A DNA stretch of 64,000 bases from Mobula hypostoma (taxonomy: Eukaryota), in the NCBI RefSeq assembly GCF_963921235.1, contig NC_086097.1, positions 208,632,001-208,696,000 of the forward strand. The letters run 5' to 3'. The position numbers were made by a program, and so were the translations under genes. Position 1 is the stretch's first letter; each line of letters starts with the position of its first letter. The notes beneath the pieces are model-generated. The model ran no database searches. It was given only the letters and a program-made list of their open reading frames with translations, and was not told the DNA's origin. Positions 13,121 through 26,229 of the stretch are shown in pieces.

Positions 13121-13950
13121 ATATAGGACATAGGAGCAGAATTAGGCCAGTTGGCCCATTGAGTCTGCTCCACCATTTCATCATGGCTGATCCAATTTTC
13201 CCCTCAGCCCCAATCTCCTGCCTTCTCCCTGTATCTATTCATGCCCTGACCAATCAAGAATCTATCAATCTCTACCTTAAATGTACATACAAACTTGGCC
13301 TCCACAGCTGCATGTGGAAACGATTCACCACTCTCTGGCTAAAGAAATTCCTCCTCATTTCCATTCTAGAAGGATTCCCCTCTATTCTGAAGCTGTGTCT
13401 TCTGGTCTTAGACTTTCCCATCATAGGAAACATCTTCTCCACATCCACTCTTTTAAAGCCTTTCACGATTCAATAGGTTTCAATGATGTCACCCCTCATA
13501 CTTTTGTATTGTAGTGAATACAGGCCAAGCACCATCAAACACTCATCATATGACAAGCCATTCAATCCTGGAATCCATTTCATGAACCTCCTTTCAACTC
13601 TTTCCACTTTCAGCACATCCTTTCTAAGGGGTACAAAACTGCTCACAATTCTCCAAATGAGGTCTCACCAGTGCTTTATAAAGTTTCAACATTACATCCT
13701 TGCCTTTATATTCCAGTCCTCTTGAAATGAATGCTAACATCACATTGGCTTTCCTCACCACAGGCTCAACCTGCACAAGGATTTCCAAGCTCCTTTGTAC
13801 CTCAGTTTTCTTATATTTTCTCTCCACTTAGAAAATTGCCAACCCTTTCATTTTTTCTACCAAAGTGCATGACCGTATACTTCCTGACACTGTATTCCAT
13901 CTGCCATTTCTTTGCCCATTCTCCTTATCCATCTAAGTCCTCCCGTAGTC
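13121..13950 (-). mobile_element. CR1 3' fragment inserted in opposite orientation
   Basis: ORFs 13272-13466(-) and 13624-13827(-) (VVRKANVMLAFISRGLEYK..LYKALVRPHLE); CR1 tail at about 13121-13145. Confidence 0.85.
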
Positions 13951-14692
13951 TCTGTTCATTTAAGATCTCATGCAATTATATACAGTATCTGTCATATTAC
14001 ATGGTACACTTAATTCTTAAAGGTACACCTACACTCACAGATCCACTAGAAAAAAAACACAATTGGATCTGAGGGGTGGAATGAGAAAGAGGCACAGGGA
14101 TGGAGGAAAGTGATCAATGGTGGGAAGGATGTATAGGGAAGTATACACTTGTCTTTGGGAGAGGGTTTATGTGTTTGAAAATGAGGAGTTGCTGCTTATT
14201 AGATCAGTGGAATCATGTATCAGTGCTGAAGCAGTCATACAGTCAATGGTTTGGCAGATAGCATGATAGATTTGTAGAGTCACAGAGAAGTACAGCAGAG
14301 AAAAAGGCTCTTCTGTAAATCTAGTTCATCAAAGGTAAAGACAGATGGGATGATGGGTATGGGGAGATTGGTGAGTGAACAGAATAGATAAGATGGGCCA
14401 AAATACCTGTTTCCATGATGTATAGCTCTATGACTGTATGACCTTTTAGGTGGGGAAGCAAGGTTTGTGATTCTGGGAGATGGACGTGAAGGAGAGTTGT
14501 ACAGAAGCAGGCCTCAAAACAGTGATTAAAACTGCTATTTTCTCTCTCTCTCTTTCATGCATGTAGAAATAATCCAATGGGATTTTATTAATTTTTCTGT
14601 ACTGAAATTAAAATGCAACATTTTTCTTCAGTCAATAGACTAATATTGTGATTAGGCTGTGTGCTTTTTTAAATGTAGCTAAGTATTATCAA

Positions 14693-14725
14693 CACAAGAG
14701 ATCCTGCAGATGCTGGAAACGTGTA
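14693..14725 (-). mobile_element. 33-bp PLE-terminus micro-insertion
   Basis: CACAAGAGATCCTGCAGATGCTGGAAA matches the PLE tail; 17-bp direct repeat TAGCTAAGTATTATCAA at 14676-14692 and 14726-14742. Confidence 0.8.
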
Positions 14726-15380
14726 TAGCTAAGTATTATCAAGCTTCATTAGTGTATTGAAACCATCCCATTTTAGAAGATGACTGATGTTAGAGTCAGG
14801 AATCCTGGATTATGGCATAGTTGGAATAGTAAGAATCACACCTCAGGATATCTTATCCTGAATAATATTTGCAAAGCTGATTTTCAAAGATAATGACAGT
14901 AAGATATGTTTTAGAAGTTGCTTTGAGCTTTACCGAATTCCCTAAAGCAAGAAAAATGTTTCCTAAGCAAAGATAACATTGTGAGGATAATGAAGAAAGC
15001 TGCCACCTCTCTGTTTCCTTGACTCAGTGCACTACAAGGCCAATTTTTGTAACATTGACGCAACAGCGTTTTGCAATAATATCAGTTTTTTCCTGTTGCA
15101 CGTGGAAGAACTAATTCCACTGGCATGACTCACTCACTCATGGGTCAAATTAATGGATTAAATCAACTTTCTGTCGCATTCCTGACTTAATTACTTTAAC
15201 AGTTGCATTTACTTAGCAAAAGTCTGATCAGGAGAAACTAACAGATTGATGTGCAGGTTTAGATGTTATTAAAGACAATAAATAGATGTGATTTAAACCT
15301 GGTCTGAAGCCTCTAACTAATTGAAGTTACTTCAGAAGTAGGAAAATGACCTCCAGCCATTCAAGTCAGTTGGTCACAAC

Positions 15381-17328
15381 TCAAGTCAAGTCAAGTCACT
15401 TTTTGTTGTCATTTCGGCCATAACTGCTGGTACAGTACATAGTAAAAATGAGGCAACGTTTTTCAGGACCATGGTGCTGCATGAAACAATACAAAAACTA
15501 CACTGAACTACGTAAAACAACACAAAAACTACACTAGACTACAGACCTACCCAGGACTGCATAATGTGCACAAAACAGTGCAGGCATTACAATAAATAAT
15601 AAACAAGACAGTAGGCACAGTAGAGGGAGGTAGGTTGGTGTCAGTCAAGGCTCTGGGTATTGAGGAGTCTGATGGCTTGAGGGAAGAAACTGATACATAG
15701 GCTGGTCGTGAGATCCTGAATGCTTCGGTGCCTTTTGCCAGATGGCAGGAGGGAGAAGAGTTTGTATGAGGGGTGCGTGGGGTCCTTCATAATGCTGTTT
15801 GCTTTGCAGATGCAGCATGTGGTGTAAATGTCTGTAATGGTGGGAAGAGAGACCCCGATGATCTTCTCAGCTGACCTCACTATCCACTGTAGGATCTTGT
15901 GATCTGAGATGGTGCAATTTCTGAACCAGGCAGTGATGCAGCCGCTCAGGATGCTCTCAATACAACCTCTGTAGAATGTAGTGAGGATGGGGGGTGGGAG
16001 ATGGACTTCTCTCAGCCTTCGCAGAAAGTAGAGACGCTGCTGGGCTTTCTTTGCTATGGAGCTGATGTTGAGGGACCAGGTGAGATTCTCCGCCGGGAGA
16101 ACACCAAGAAATTTGGTGCTCTTAACAATCTCTACAGAGGAGTCGTCAATGTTAAGTGGAGAGTGGTCGCTCCGTGTCCTCCTGAAGTTAACAACCATCT
16201 CTTTTGTTTTGTTCACATTCAGAGACAGGTTGTTGGCTCTGCACCAGTCCGTTAGCAGCTGCACCTCCTCTCTGTATGCTGACTCATCGTTCTTGCTGAT
16301 GAGACCCACCATGGTCATGTCATCGGCAAACTTGATGATGTGGTTCGAGCTGTGTGTTGCTGCACAGTCGTGGGTCAGCACAGTGAACAGCAGTGGACTG
16401 AGCACACAGCCCTTGGGGGCCCCCGTGCTCAGTGTGATGGTGTTGGAGATGCTGCTTCCAATCCGGACTGACTGAGGTCTCCCAGTCAGGAATTCTAGGA
16501 TCCAGTTGCAGAGGGAGGTGTTCAGGCCCAGTAGACCCAGCTTTCCAATCAGTTTCTGAAGAATGATTGTGTTGAATGCTGAACTGAAGTCTATGAACAG
16601 CATTCGAACATATGTATCTTTTTTGTCCAGGTGGAGGGTGATGGCAATGGCGTCGTCTGTTGAATGATTGGGATGGTACGCGAACTGCAGGGGGTCCAGT
16701 GAGGGGGGCAGCAGGGTCTTGATGTGCCTCATGACGAGCCTCTCGAAACACTTCATGATGATGGATGTGAGTGCAAAAGGATGGTAGTCGTTGAGGCAGG
16801 ACACTGAAGACTTCTTTGGCACAGGGATGATGATGGTGGCCTTGAAGTACGTAGGAACGACAGTGCTGCTCAGAGAGATGTTGAAGATGTCAGTGAGAAC
16901 CTCTGCTAGCTGGTCTACACATCCTCTAAGCACTCTGCCAGGAATATTGTCTGGTCCAGCAGCCTTCCGTGGGTTGACTCTGCACAGGGTTCTCCTCACA
17001 TCGGCCACGGTAAGACACAGCACCTGGTCATTTGGAGGAGGGGTGGTCTTGCTCGCCACCACGTCATTTTCCGCCTCAAAATGAGCATAGAAGTTGTTCA
17101 ACACATCTGGGAGGGAGGCATCACCAGCACAGGCAGGTGGTGTTGTCTTGTAGTTGGTGATCTCCTGAATGCCCTTCCACGTGCGCCGCGTGTCGCCGCT
17201 GTCCTGGAAGTGGCTGTGGATTCGCTGGGCGTGTGCATGCTTTGCCTCTCTGATGGCCCGGGACAGTTTGGCCCTCACTGTTGTTAGGGCTGCCTTGTCG
17301 CCTGCTCTAAAGGCGGAGTCACGGTCCT
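15381..17328 (-). mobile_element. Young 5'-truncated Rex1/Babar-like LINE
   Basis: 545-aa uninterrupted ORF, 3' UTR and (TTGAC)n tail at 15381-15398. Confidence 0.92.
15641..17278 (-). pseudogene. Reverse transcriptase ORF fragment of a Rex1/Babar-like LINE (no endonuclease domain)
   Basis: [52 protein letters not shown] and [10 protein letters not shown]. Confidence 0.9.
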
Positions 17329-17519
17329 GATATCATCTTTAATTTTCATCTCTTGTAAATGACTGACATAAAGTGGAATGCCAAATAATAGATGTATAAG
17401 ATAACTAATTTTATTTGTTTGACTTTTCCTATTGTTCTGAGGGCAGCGAACTATATTGGAACATCACAAGGCAGGTTCCATATGACAAAATAGGTGAATG
17501 TTGTTTGTTAAAAAATTTA

Positions 17520-17690
17520 TAGGTAGCACAGTGCCAGCTCCAGGAACCTTGGTTCAATCCTGACACTGGGTGAAGTCTGTGTGGATTTTATATATCATTC
17601 TAATGGCTTTCCACTGGATTGGTTTCCTCCTACATTCCAAAGACAAGCTGATGGATTAACTGGCTACTGCAATCTACCCCTGATGTTGAT
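17520..17690 (+). mobile_element. Degenerate tRNA-derived V-SINE/HE1-like SINE
   Basis: B-box-like GGTTCAATCC (17551) and V-domain-like GGTTTCCTCCTACATTCCAAAGAC. Confidence 0.55.
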
Positions 17691-20564
17691 TAAGGACAAA
17701 AAGAGTCAAAGGAAAGTTCATAGGTAATATGTGAGAAAATAAGTTGCATGAATTTAGAGAAATGAGGAGATGGGATATATGACTAATGGGATTACAAGTC
17801 TGGGAGTCCATTTGGACCTTATTGGCCAAAGACCTCCTTCCCACTCCGGCTCATATATGGATAAGGTCTGTGCCCATGTTTTGCCCATCAACCAATTGAT
17901 TCCATTTTTTTTGTTTTCCCCATATTCCCCATATTTTTTCTTTCTGAACAGTTGCCTAATTCACTTCTTATGAAACCATAGAATCATTAACATGAATACA
18001 CAGAGAATGGAAGGATGTGGACCATGTGCAAGCAGAAGGGATCTGCGTAAATTAGGTAGCATTAGCTTGTTTAGTTTAGCACAACACTGTGAGCTGAAGG
18101 GTTTCTGTGCTGTACTGTTCTACATTTTATTTTCTATCTTTTATCACATTCAAAGAATTTTTGGGCACTAATCACGACTGACCCAAATATTCAATCAATA
18201 TCTCTGGATGAAAATGTACTGGGCACTTCAGTGTGCAATTCGTATTCTCGCTGCCAATGGTTTCCTTGCATCATCTTTCATGATTCATGTTTAGACTAAC
18301 TGGGACTCTTTTCTCCAGCTTTTTGCTACTGGGATATTCATTCCTTGGATGCCCTTTCAAGACTCCCCTGGCAGCATTTTTTTTTACTGGATCTATTATT
18401 AAGGCCATGGGTGACCATTCTAGGTAGACCAGAGATCCCAAAGCAAGAGGCAAAGACATAGCCTATTCACAAAGAGTTTTTGGATATACTGCAGAGCATC
18501 TAGAAATCTTTGATGGATAATATATTCCTGCTCTCAATGAAGATCTCCAACCGTTGCCTGCACTGTTACTTTTGCGGAGATCACGTTCAAAGTTCATACA
18601 TAGGATCTATCCTGGTGTCCACTGTGCAACTCAGCTGTAGTTTCCCGGAAACGCAGGCCATGAGATAGAGTCTAAAAAGCCTAAAGGCAAGAAGATCAAG
18701 AGAGAGGCATCTCCAGCAGGGGGTGATCCGAGTCAGCATAATCAGACTTATGTTGAATGGAGGAGGGAAGCTTTGTTGGCATGGCTTAAAGGAAACTCCC
18801 CGATAAGGAGATATGCCTCCAATTACAAGGCTACCCTTAACACTTTCTATTCTCTTCCACTCAAGCTGATCCATGCCAGTTTTTTCCTTCTCAAGGCAAA
18901 TCTGCCATCCATCATAGGGGTGCTACAGGAGATGTCATACAGAATGGTGCCACACCTAATCCCGGTTTAACCTATCCTGCAGCACATGCAAATCGTGACA
19001 GAACTAAAGGGGCAGCTAACCACCTCCCTCAGCCCTTCCTTCATAATTAAAGTTGATGTGGCTGGAGAACTTACAGAACATTGCTACTTCCCAAAGCCAG
19101 CTTTTCTGATGATGTGGCTTCCTATGGTTGTAAACCTGCAGGTGTCAGCTGGATACAGTCATAGCATATACATTAGGAACTGGGCTGGAGGAGCCAACTC
19201 CTGGACCTGAATCATAACAACAAGTAGATAAGATCTCAAGTTGGAAGATAAGAATCTCAAATTCTGGCTGACTAGAGATCTAGATCAACTAACTACTAGC
19301 TCTGCTATAGTGGAATCAGATTCTGATTTCAATTCAAGTAAATTAAACGATTCTAGATGCTTGATAAGATTTCTTAATTTCTGTTTTTCCATAAATGTTG
19401 AATTATTGTACTTAGATTGCTCTTATTCAGCCAATGTTCACAAAAGGTTAAACGAGTGAAAACAAGTCAGTGCTGAAGTCAAAGTGGTAGAGTTCCAAGT
19501 TTCGGAGAAACTGATTCAAATCCAGTCCGGGTGGGATTATTGTTTCATATTTAATGACATGTTTCTAGAATTTCAATTAGTTCATCAATTTAATTTGGAA
19601 AGTTTTTGATTGCCACAAAGAACTTTAAAACATGCTTGTAATTTCATGCAAACAACTGGTTGCCTACTAACTTGCAAATTAAGCTGCAAGCTTTGCCCAA
19701 CCTGAATTCATCACTGGTGGTGCATGACGACCTGTGATTCAGCAAGGAAGCTGGCATCCTGAACAGCTAATTCCTTAGTTTCTCACCTCATGCAGTGATT
19801 AACTGCCAGCTAAGCACACACAGACACACAAATAATAAAATGATCTGATTCATAGCTCAGTATTGCCATAAGGAATAATGTATTACTTTGTCTCTCTCCA
19901 TGTTGGTAAATTCAAAAGGCACATGCAGACTGTGGGGGTATCTGAAGATGAAATCAGGTTATAAGAGACTTCTTCTGTAACATATTATATGTTGCTTATT
20001 TTCATCTCTTTTTCCTTTATACCGAATTATGCCAAGGCAATTATGACCAGCCTTCCTTATTCCATCCTTTTAAATTTGAGTTCAACTGAAACACAGGTAC
20101 ATGCGTCCCAAATCACATTTGTTCAGTCATCATCCCTGATCCTGCTGAACTATACAGGGTACATTTATAAAGCTTTCATCCTTTACAAATTCCAATTCTC
20201 CCTTTATCTCTGTAATCTCCTACAACACTCTTCGCCCGTGCCTTATCTCAGGGCTCAATTGCTCTGTAATGACTTCGGCTGTTAAACTCTGAACATTTGG
20301 AATGCCCTTCCCAAACCTTTTCACTTCTCTGCCTCTCCTTTCTTCTTCAAAGTTGCTCTTAATATTCATCTTTCTGAGCCATCTCCTCTATTATTCCCTA
20401 CTTTAGCACTTAGATCCATAATGCTTCTTTGGGGTGCCTTGGGATGAGTTTGCAATATGTAAGGTGCTATATGAATGGACAATTTCCAGACAGCATCCAA
20501 GAAGTAGTTGTAAATTGGTAACTGGAAGGAAAAATATCATCAGAGGAGTGATACCAGAAAGTCT

Positions 20565-21000
20565 GTGGTGGTACAAGCTGCTGATCTCTGAGTCCTGATG
20601 GACTTCATCTCAAGGATTTAAAATCAATGATTCATTGGATTTAATTTTTCCAAATTCGCTCGAATCATTGAGGCTGGCATTGGACTGAAGAACAGCAAAG
20701 TTAGCTCCCTTTTCAAAAAGGGAAAAGGACAGAAAGAATATCATCAGGTAATGTCTATCATTGAAAAATGCTGGAACCTATTAATATAGTAGGCCACTTC
20801 CAAAAATAAACAATATATTCAGGAAAAGAAAACAGTTTTGTGAAAGAAAAATCATTTTTGGCCAGTTTATTGGAGTTTATTTGAAGAAATAAAATATAAC
20901 CATGGATGGAGTAAGCTTAATTTTCCAGAAAGCATTGGATAGTGTATTGAATCAGTTATTCTAGAAAATAAAAATCCTTGGTGTAGGAGGTAATGCCCTG
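20565..21000 (+). mobile_element. Highly degenerate CR1 RT fragment
   Basis: PDGLHLKDL and FKKG-like relics homologous to 63690-64000. Confidence 0.6.
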
Positions 21001-21113
21001 GTTTCCTCACACAGTCTAAAGATTTACTGGTCATTACAAATTAATTTTGTCACAGCTTGGTCCCTTTTTGATTCTGCCAAGGGGGTGAAAAGTTACCACA
21101 GATAGACGGAAAT

Positions 21114-21679
21114 TGTTAGAGTGGATTTCTTTTGGGTAGATGATTTGTTTACACTTAAATGACTTTGGCCACCAGACTTCTATTTTAACTGTTTGACAAA
21201 GGACTGTGGATTGAGTCCACCACAATGGGCTTCCTAAAAGGTGTGAATACCAGATGCTTCTGGTAGTTTGACCTGATGCTGTAGTTTCGAAGGCAGTATC
21301 ACCTATACATTGTAAATATTAATCGTCTTCTATGTTAGCATGGGAAATGCCAAATAAATGTATCATAGACTTAACTTACATTCCTAAAGGCTGTGGATAC
21401 CAACCCAGACATGTTCGCGTTGGAAGGAAAGGATGGTGTGATATTTTGTATGTAGCTTCAATAGGAAGCATTGTCTATGCACTGTCTATAACTTTTAAGT
21501 AGCGATTCCCTTTGTGTTTAGCCTATAAATATCAAGCCCACATTGAGCTAACAGACCTTTCTGCGGAAAGCGTCTTCGTACGTTAAGATGCCTGCCGTAC
21601 CTTGTTATGTCGAATAAAGGAGCTGCTTTGTATCTACCAGTGACTCTGTCTCTCTGGTAATTTCATCCACGCTACAACA
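21114..21679 (+). mobile_element. Solo LTR, copy 2
   Basis: TGTT...AACA termini; 5-bp TSD GAAAT (21109-21113, 21680-21684); TATAAA 21524, AATAAA 21613. Confidence 0.9.
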
Positions 21680-21894
21680 GAAATGCGGAGATGAGCTTAT
21701 ACTGTGATCAACCATGATAATGTTGGATGGTGCAGCAGGCTTGACCAGCTGAGTGGCCAACTCCTGCTCTTAATTTGTATGTTGATACAGTTGTATGTTT
21801 TCAATATTTTGCTAAAGCTTTGTAAGCTTGGAAGAGGATTATACTGGATGGCAGAATATGCTATCTGATGGCTGGTTCTTTGCTTACGAAGATC

Positions 21895-22060
21895 AGAAGA
21901 GTCCTCAGGAGCGAGGGCATGAACGTTGGTGTCTGTAGAGGCCAATTCTGGATCTGCAGACTCTGGAGGAGTAGGGACAGGGGAACAGCTGGGTCACAGC
22001 CGCTTGGGCAGTAGGATTCTTCCTGTGTCTCCTCTTCCCTTCAGCAGTCGACTGCTGAAG
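21895..22060 (-). mobile_element. RTE LINE 3' end (C-terminal Cys/His motif)
   Basis: ORF 21905-22132(-) ends KRRHRKNP..FPCPYSSRVCRSRIGLYRHQRSC. Confidence 0.75.
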
Positions 22061-22927
22061 AGAAGAGTTTCTCCGTATTATTTGTAATTCATTGCTGCTC
22101 AGACTCTTCGAACAGAGATCATGAGCCCTCATGGTACAGAATAAGAAGCAAGTTCATTCCAAGATCACTTTCCTACAACTGCCAACGATCAGCCAAAAAA
22201 CACATTGACAAAGTTAATGGGTGTTCAGGCTTCTTGCTCTCTTAACTAAGTGGTCAGGGAATTAAATGTACAATGATCATTACCTAGAGGACCTAACAGT
22301 GGAGCTGACCTAATCAATGCTTTTGTTAGCCCAATGATAACCCATTAAAATGTTTCAGCTTGGAAAATCAGTATTTTGAAAGAATCAAAATCAGGTTTAT
22401 TATTACTGGCATGTCTCGTGAAAGAAGGCAATTATATAAACAAATAACCCATTTTGATACTAATATTGTAACATCACAACAAAATCACAAAGGAAGTTGC
22501 ATGGGAATTCTAAATATAATATTTCGGGCAGTCCTTTCACTTCTAGGAAGCAAATCTTGTCTTTCTGCCAACTATGAGGACCCTTTGTGAAATAAATCTG
22601 AACTTCAAATAACACTACTCCACCTATAAACAAATGTAACACTTGAACTAATTCTTTATTATTTATTTGCCTGCTGGAATTTTGCTGCTTTGAAAACAGA
22701 TTATTCCAGCACAGCTTCCTTTCAGCTAAGACTATTTAAATCAATATTTTAGGTACAGCTGTCAATGACATGTTATTATTTTATATAATGCATTTTATGT
22801 TACATTTCAGCTCATCATTCTACATAACAAAAGTATGAAATACTATACCAAATGCAAGTGCAAAATTGCTCAAGACCAACATGAAGTGCTGCCATGAGCA
22901 AGGGACTCAGACCTTATCTGAGAATCC

Positions 22928-23480
22928 GAGGCCTCCGTCAGATATGCAAGCTGTCTAGATATGCAAGCCTGGGTAGGACGATATGGAGAGTAAGCTGTTG
23001 CCCATGTAGCAAGCTCCCCCTCTCCATGCATCTGATGAACCCAAATGAATGGCAGAGACCGATATAGTTCGGTACTAGCACCGTTGCAGGAGTTGCCAGT
23101 CTAACTGAACTCAGTGTAGGACTGCCCTAGGGACTCCAGCTCAGGATTTTTCCCTCGGGGTTTACACCCGAAGTCTTCGCCAGGAGTGGGTATAACCACA
23201 AGGCAGCAGAGGTCTGAGAACAGGATTTTCCTTCTCCTAGATGAGCTGCCAACCATGGCTGATTAGTCCCATCTGCCTGAAGCGACTGGTTTTAAGGTGC
23301 CAGTAACCCACTGTTGCCCCTTCTCCTGTCAGTAAAAACGGTTCTACCTGGTTTAGTAGATAAACCACATGTGAAGGCCAAGAGCTGGACTTGGTTGTCA
23401 GAGGCTACTTGAGGCACACGCCATTGGGAGCATTTAATAGGTAGTGGGTGCTTGTGCCCATTACCACCCCTGGCTATAAC
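22928..23480 (-). mobile_element. RTE-related non-coding element (5' UTR-like body plus short 3' end)
   Basis: Minus strand has GGCAGCTCATCTAGGAGAAGGAAAA and GGAAAAATCCTGAGCTGGAGTCCCTAGGGCAGT, recalled from RTE 5' UTRs; ends in GACGGAGGCCTC; no ORF. Confidence 0.55.
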
Positions 23481-26229
23481 ATCCTTAAGGAACCACTCAG
23501 AGCATAACAGCCATTTTATACCACCTGAGAATGGAGCAGCTTTTCTCTATCTTTGTATACTGCATTCTGCGACATATACTGGGCTGGACTTTGTGAGGAC
23601 ATGTTGGCAGACGGTATGTAAGTGGTACCAGCTTCCCAATTTCCGAGTGCACATATGGGAACACACATGCACAAGTCCGTCTTACTGCTGAACTGACTGC
23701 ACGCTGACATTGGACTCTTCCTGGAATTGTGGTCCTTCTGGAGTGTGGAAGTATCTGATGCCAGCAGGCCACTTTTTTCAAGCACTTTGGATGATTAGGT
23801 CACTCATGCAGAAACAGGCATTCTCAATATTTGGGATGCTTGCATCAATAACTTAACGGAATCCTTTTTTTTAAAAGAATAAACTTAATTCGTAATAAAA
23901 TATTTGTAAAATAAAAAAGCAGAGTTCAAATCATTTTACATTTTTAGTGTTATTTACACAGCACTATACATTCAGTTGTGTTAGCACCTTTTTAAAAACC
24001 ATTTCACGAACAATCAAGAGGGATGGATGACGGGGGATGAGTATATATACCATCAGACTAGACAAGCCTAGGCATCTTCCCTGATGATGATGGCGGAGTT
24101 TGTCAGTGAAATGTTGGTTAAAATTGACACCTGAACCTCGCTGGAAGTCTGAGAAGAACTTCTGCATCATATTTGAAGGGAAAGCACTAGATTCTTTTTC
24201 ATTTCACTATTGTCACTTAATTATCCCGCTTTGGTAATGGACTCTTTCATTGTATGAGAAGCCTCCCTACCCAACTCAGCCTCTCCATGCCTAGAAGCAG
24301 AAGGAGCCTAGACTGTGGTCCTTCACTGCAGAGCCTTTGCACTGACTGTACCAAGATTCAGTACATCTCCCCACACATATTCTAGCAGCCTGAAATGTGA
24401 TAACAAGCAACATTTCTTTATGGACATCTCCCTGGGCTAGAGGATCAACATGTTTTGACAGATCAAAGCCCAAATTTCACCTGGTTGATGATCTTTCTGC
24501 ACCACTTGATGTCATAGATTAAAGGAACTCTATCTGAGCAGATCCCAATTTATAGTCTCTAGTATTGACAACTCATTGGATAGGTGCAATTTAAGTTAAA
24601 ACCTCACTTTATGCAATTTCTTTCCCTTGAACTCCACACCCTCCGTCCATTATGACCCCACAACCAACCTGATCACAACCACAACCTCCGCATCCTGACA
24701 GTGACTCTAACATAGCCCTCTCCCTGTTATCAGCAGTAAGCTGAATTTTTTTGCATTGAAGCCTAATGGTGTCACAGAGTAGCATCTCCATACAATCATG
24801 TCCGAATTGCTTCATTGAGACATCAATTTGGAAATCAGCAGGTTACTTCCTTATCTTCCCATGCCCTACAAATAACAGAGTATTATTCTTCAGCTATTCT
24901 AAGAGATTTTAGCACCTGAAGAGTTCACATGTACTTGAATGGTTTGTTTTACAGCACTAAACTGGCTGAAGGATTTTCCACCTGTAATCTAACACCGGGA
25001 AGCTAAAATTATTTAATTTCAGCTGACTATAAAGGAAATCAATCATTGTATGAGACTAGTTAGTGTCCAAATTCTACTGAGAGTGAATCTGCCATTATAA
25101 TATACATTGAGAATTAATTAGGCATCTAGCAGGTATTAGGTTCTATGTCTTCCTCACTTTTTTTGATTTGTAGTTAAGAACCTGAAACTGGAATGAGAAT
25201 TGAAATGCTGGCTTCTTCCACACAAAAAGCCGTCAATCAATTACTTTCTCTTCCAAAAAAACGCCTCAAACTTCAGAAACAATGACTTTCAGCACTTTTT
25301 CACATGTTAGTAAGCAAACTGTGAACTGAAGTTTACACACATAATGAAGAAGGCTTAATTGGATTGCAGATGAAAAAGGTTGATTTGACTTATTGTTTTA
25401 TGTAGGTTTTTGATGGCTAATTTGCAAACCTAATTCTTTAAAGACACTGAGCAGCATTAACATTATTGTTACTGTTAGAGTTGGAAATATAGTGCAGATA
25501 CAGTAATATCAGCTCTAGCATGCTATCACCATCCACTGTTTCAGACTTGTCTGACGGTTTATCAGACATCTAGTACTGGGTGAGCAGAAGTTTCCTCCAA
25601 TTAAATATTGTGATGATGGAAACTTTGCTCTTCAGTCTTTGTTTCCTGGCTACTCATGAGCAAGCATTCAAAACTGAGCCAAATTGCTTATAGAATTGCA
25701 TTGGATTTGATCCTAAGATGAACTTCTTCTGAGCACATATTCATACTGTCATCAAGACTATGTTTCTCACCTTGATTTGTCTACTGTGGTGCAATTTATC
25801 TGCTTTTGGAAACTCATGTTTCTTTTTCCTGCACTTGTGGATCTCCCTTTTTACTCCCTCCAGAAACTGTCCAACATTCAGCTTCTTGATTTGTACTCCA
25901 CACATGAGATCCTGTTCACCCATTGATCCCCTGTTCCCTGATGTAGACTGGCTCCCAGATAAGAGTACCTGTTTTTAAAATATTCATTTTTGTTTTGATA
26001 TCCCTTATGGCCTTACCCCTTCTCATCTCTGCCATCAAACCCATTGCATATGCATTTCCAACATTCTTGTCTTGTGTTGAGGTGTAAAATTCCTCTACTC
26101 AGCATCTTAGTAGCAAATGTAGTCAGTAGAGAATAAGATAGAGGATTTAAGGGAAAGATTGCTGTATCAGAGGGAAATGAGGGATTGCTGCGTTCTCTGT
26201 TTAATGGAAACATGCCTCATGTCAAACAC

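Noticed and set aside
15641..17278. Functional autonomous or domesticated RT gene
   Set aside because: It is 5'-truncated without an endonuclease, has a short deletion at ITLH/LDKK compared with the 29043-29669 copy, and ends in a normal LINE tail
8291..21679. Two LTRs as the ends of one 13-kb provirus
   Set aside because: Each has its own TSD, the CR1 resumes right after LTR 1, and no gag/pol/integrase or PBS was recognised between them
21905..22132. Host zinc-finger exon
   Set aside because: It matches the RTE C-terminal C..C.SRIGL..H...C pattern; I saw no convincing splice context
23865..24480. L1/Tx1-like 3' relic (similar hints at 39560-39735 and 51050-51400)
   Set aside because: Only a polyA-signal and tail resemblance; too degenerate to call
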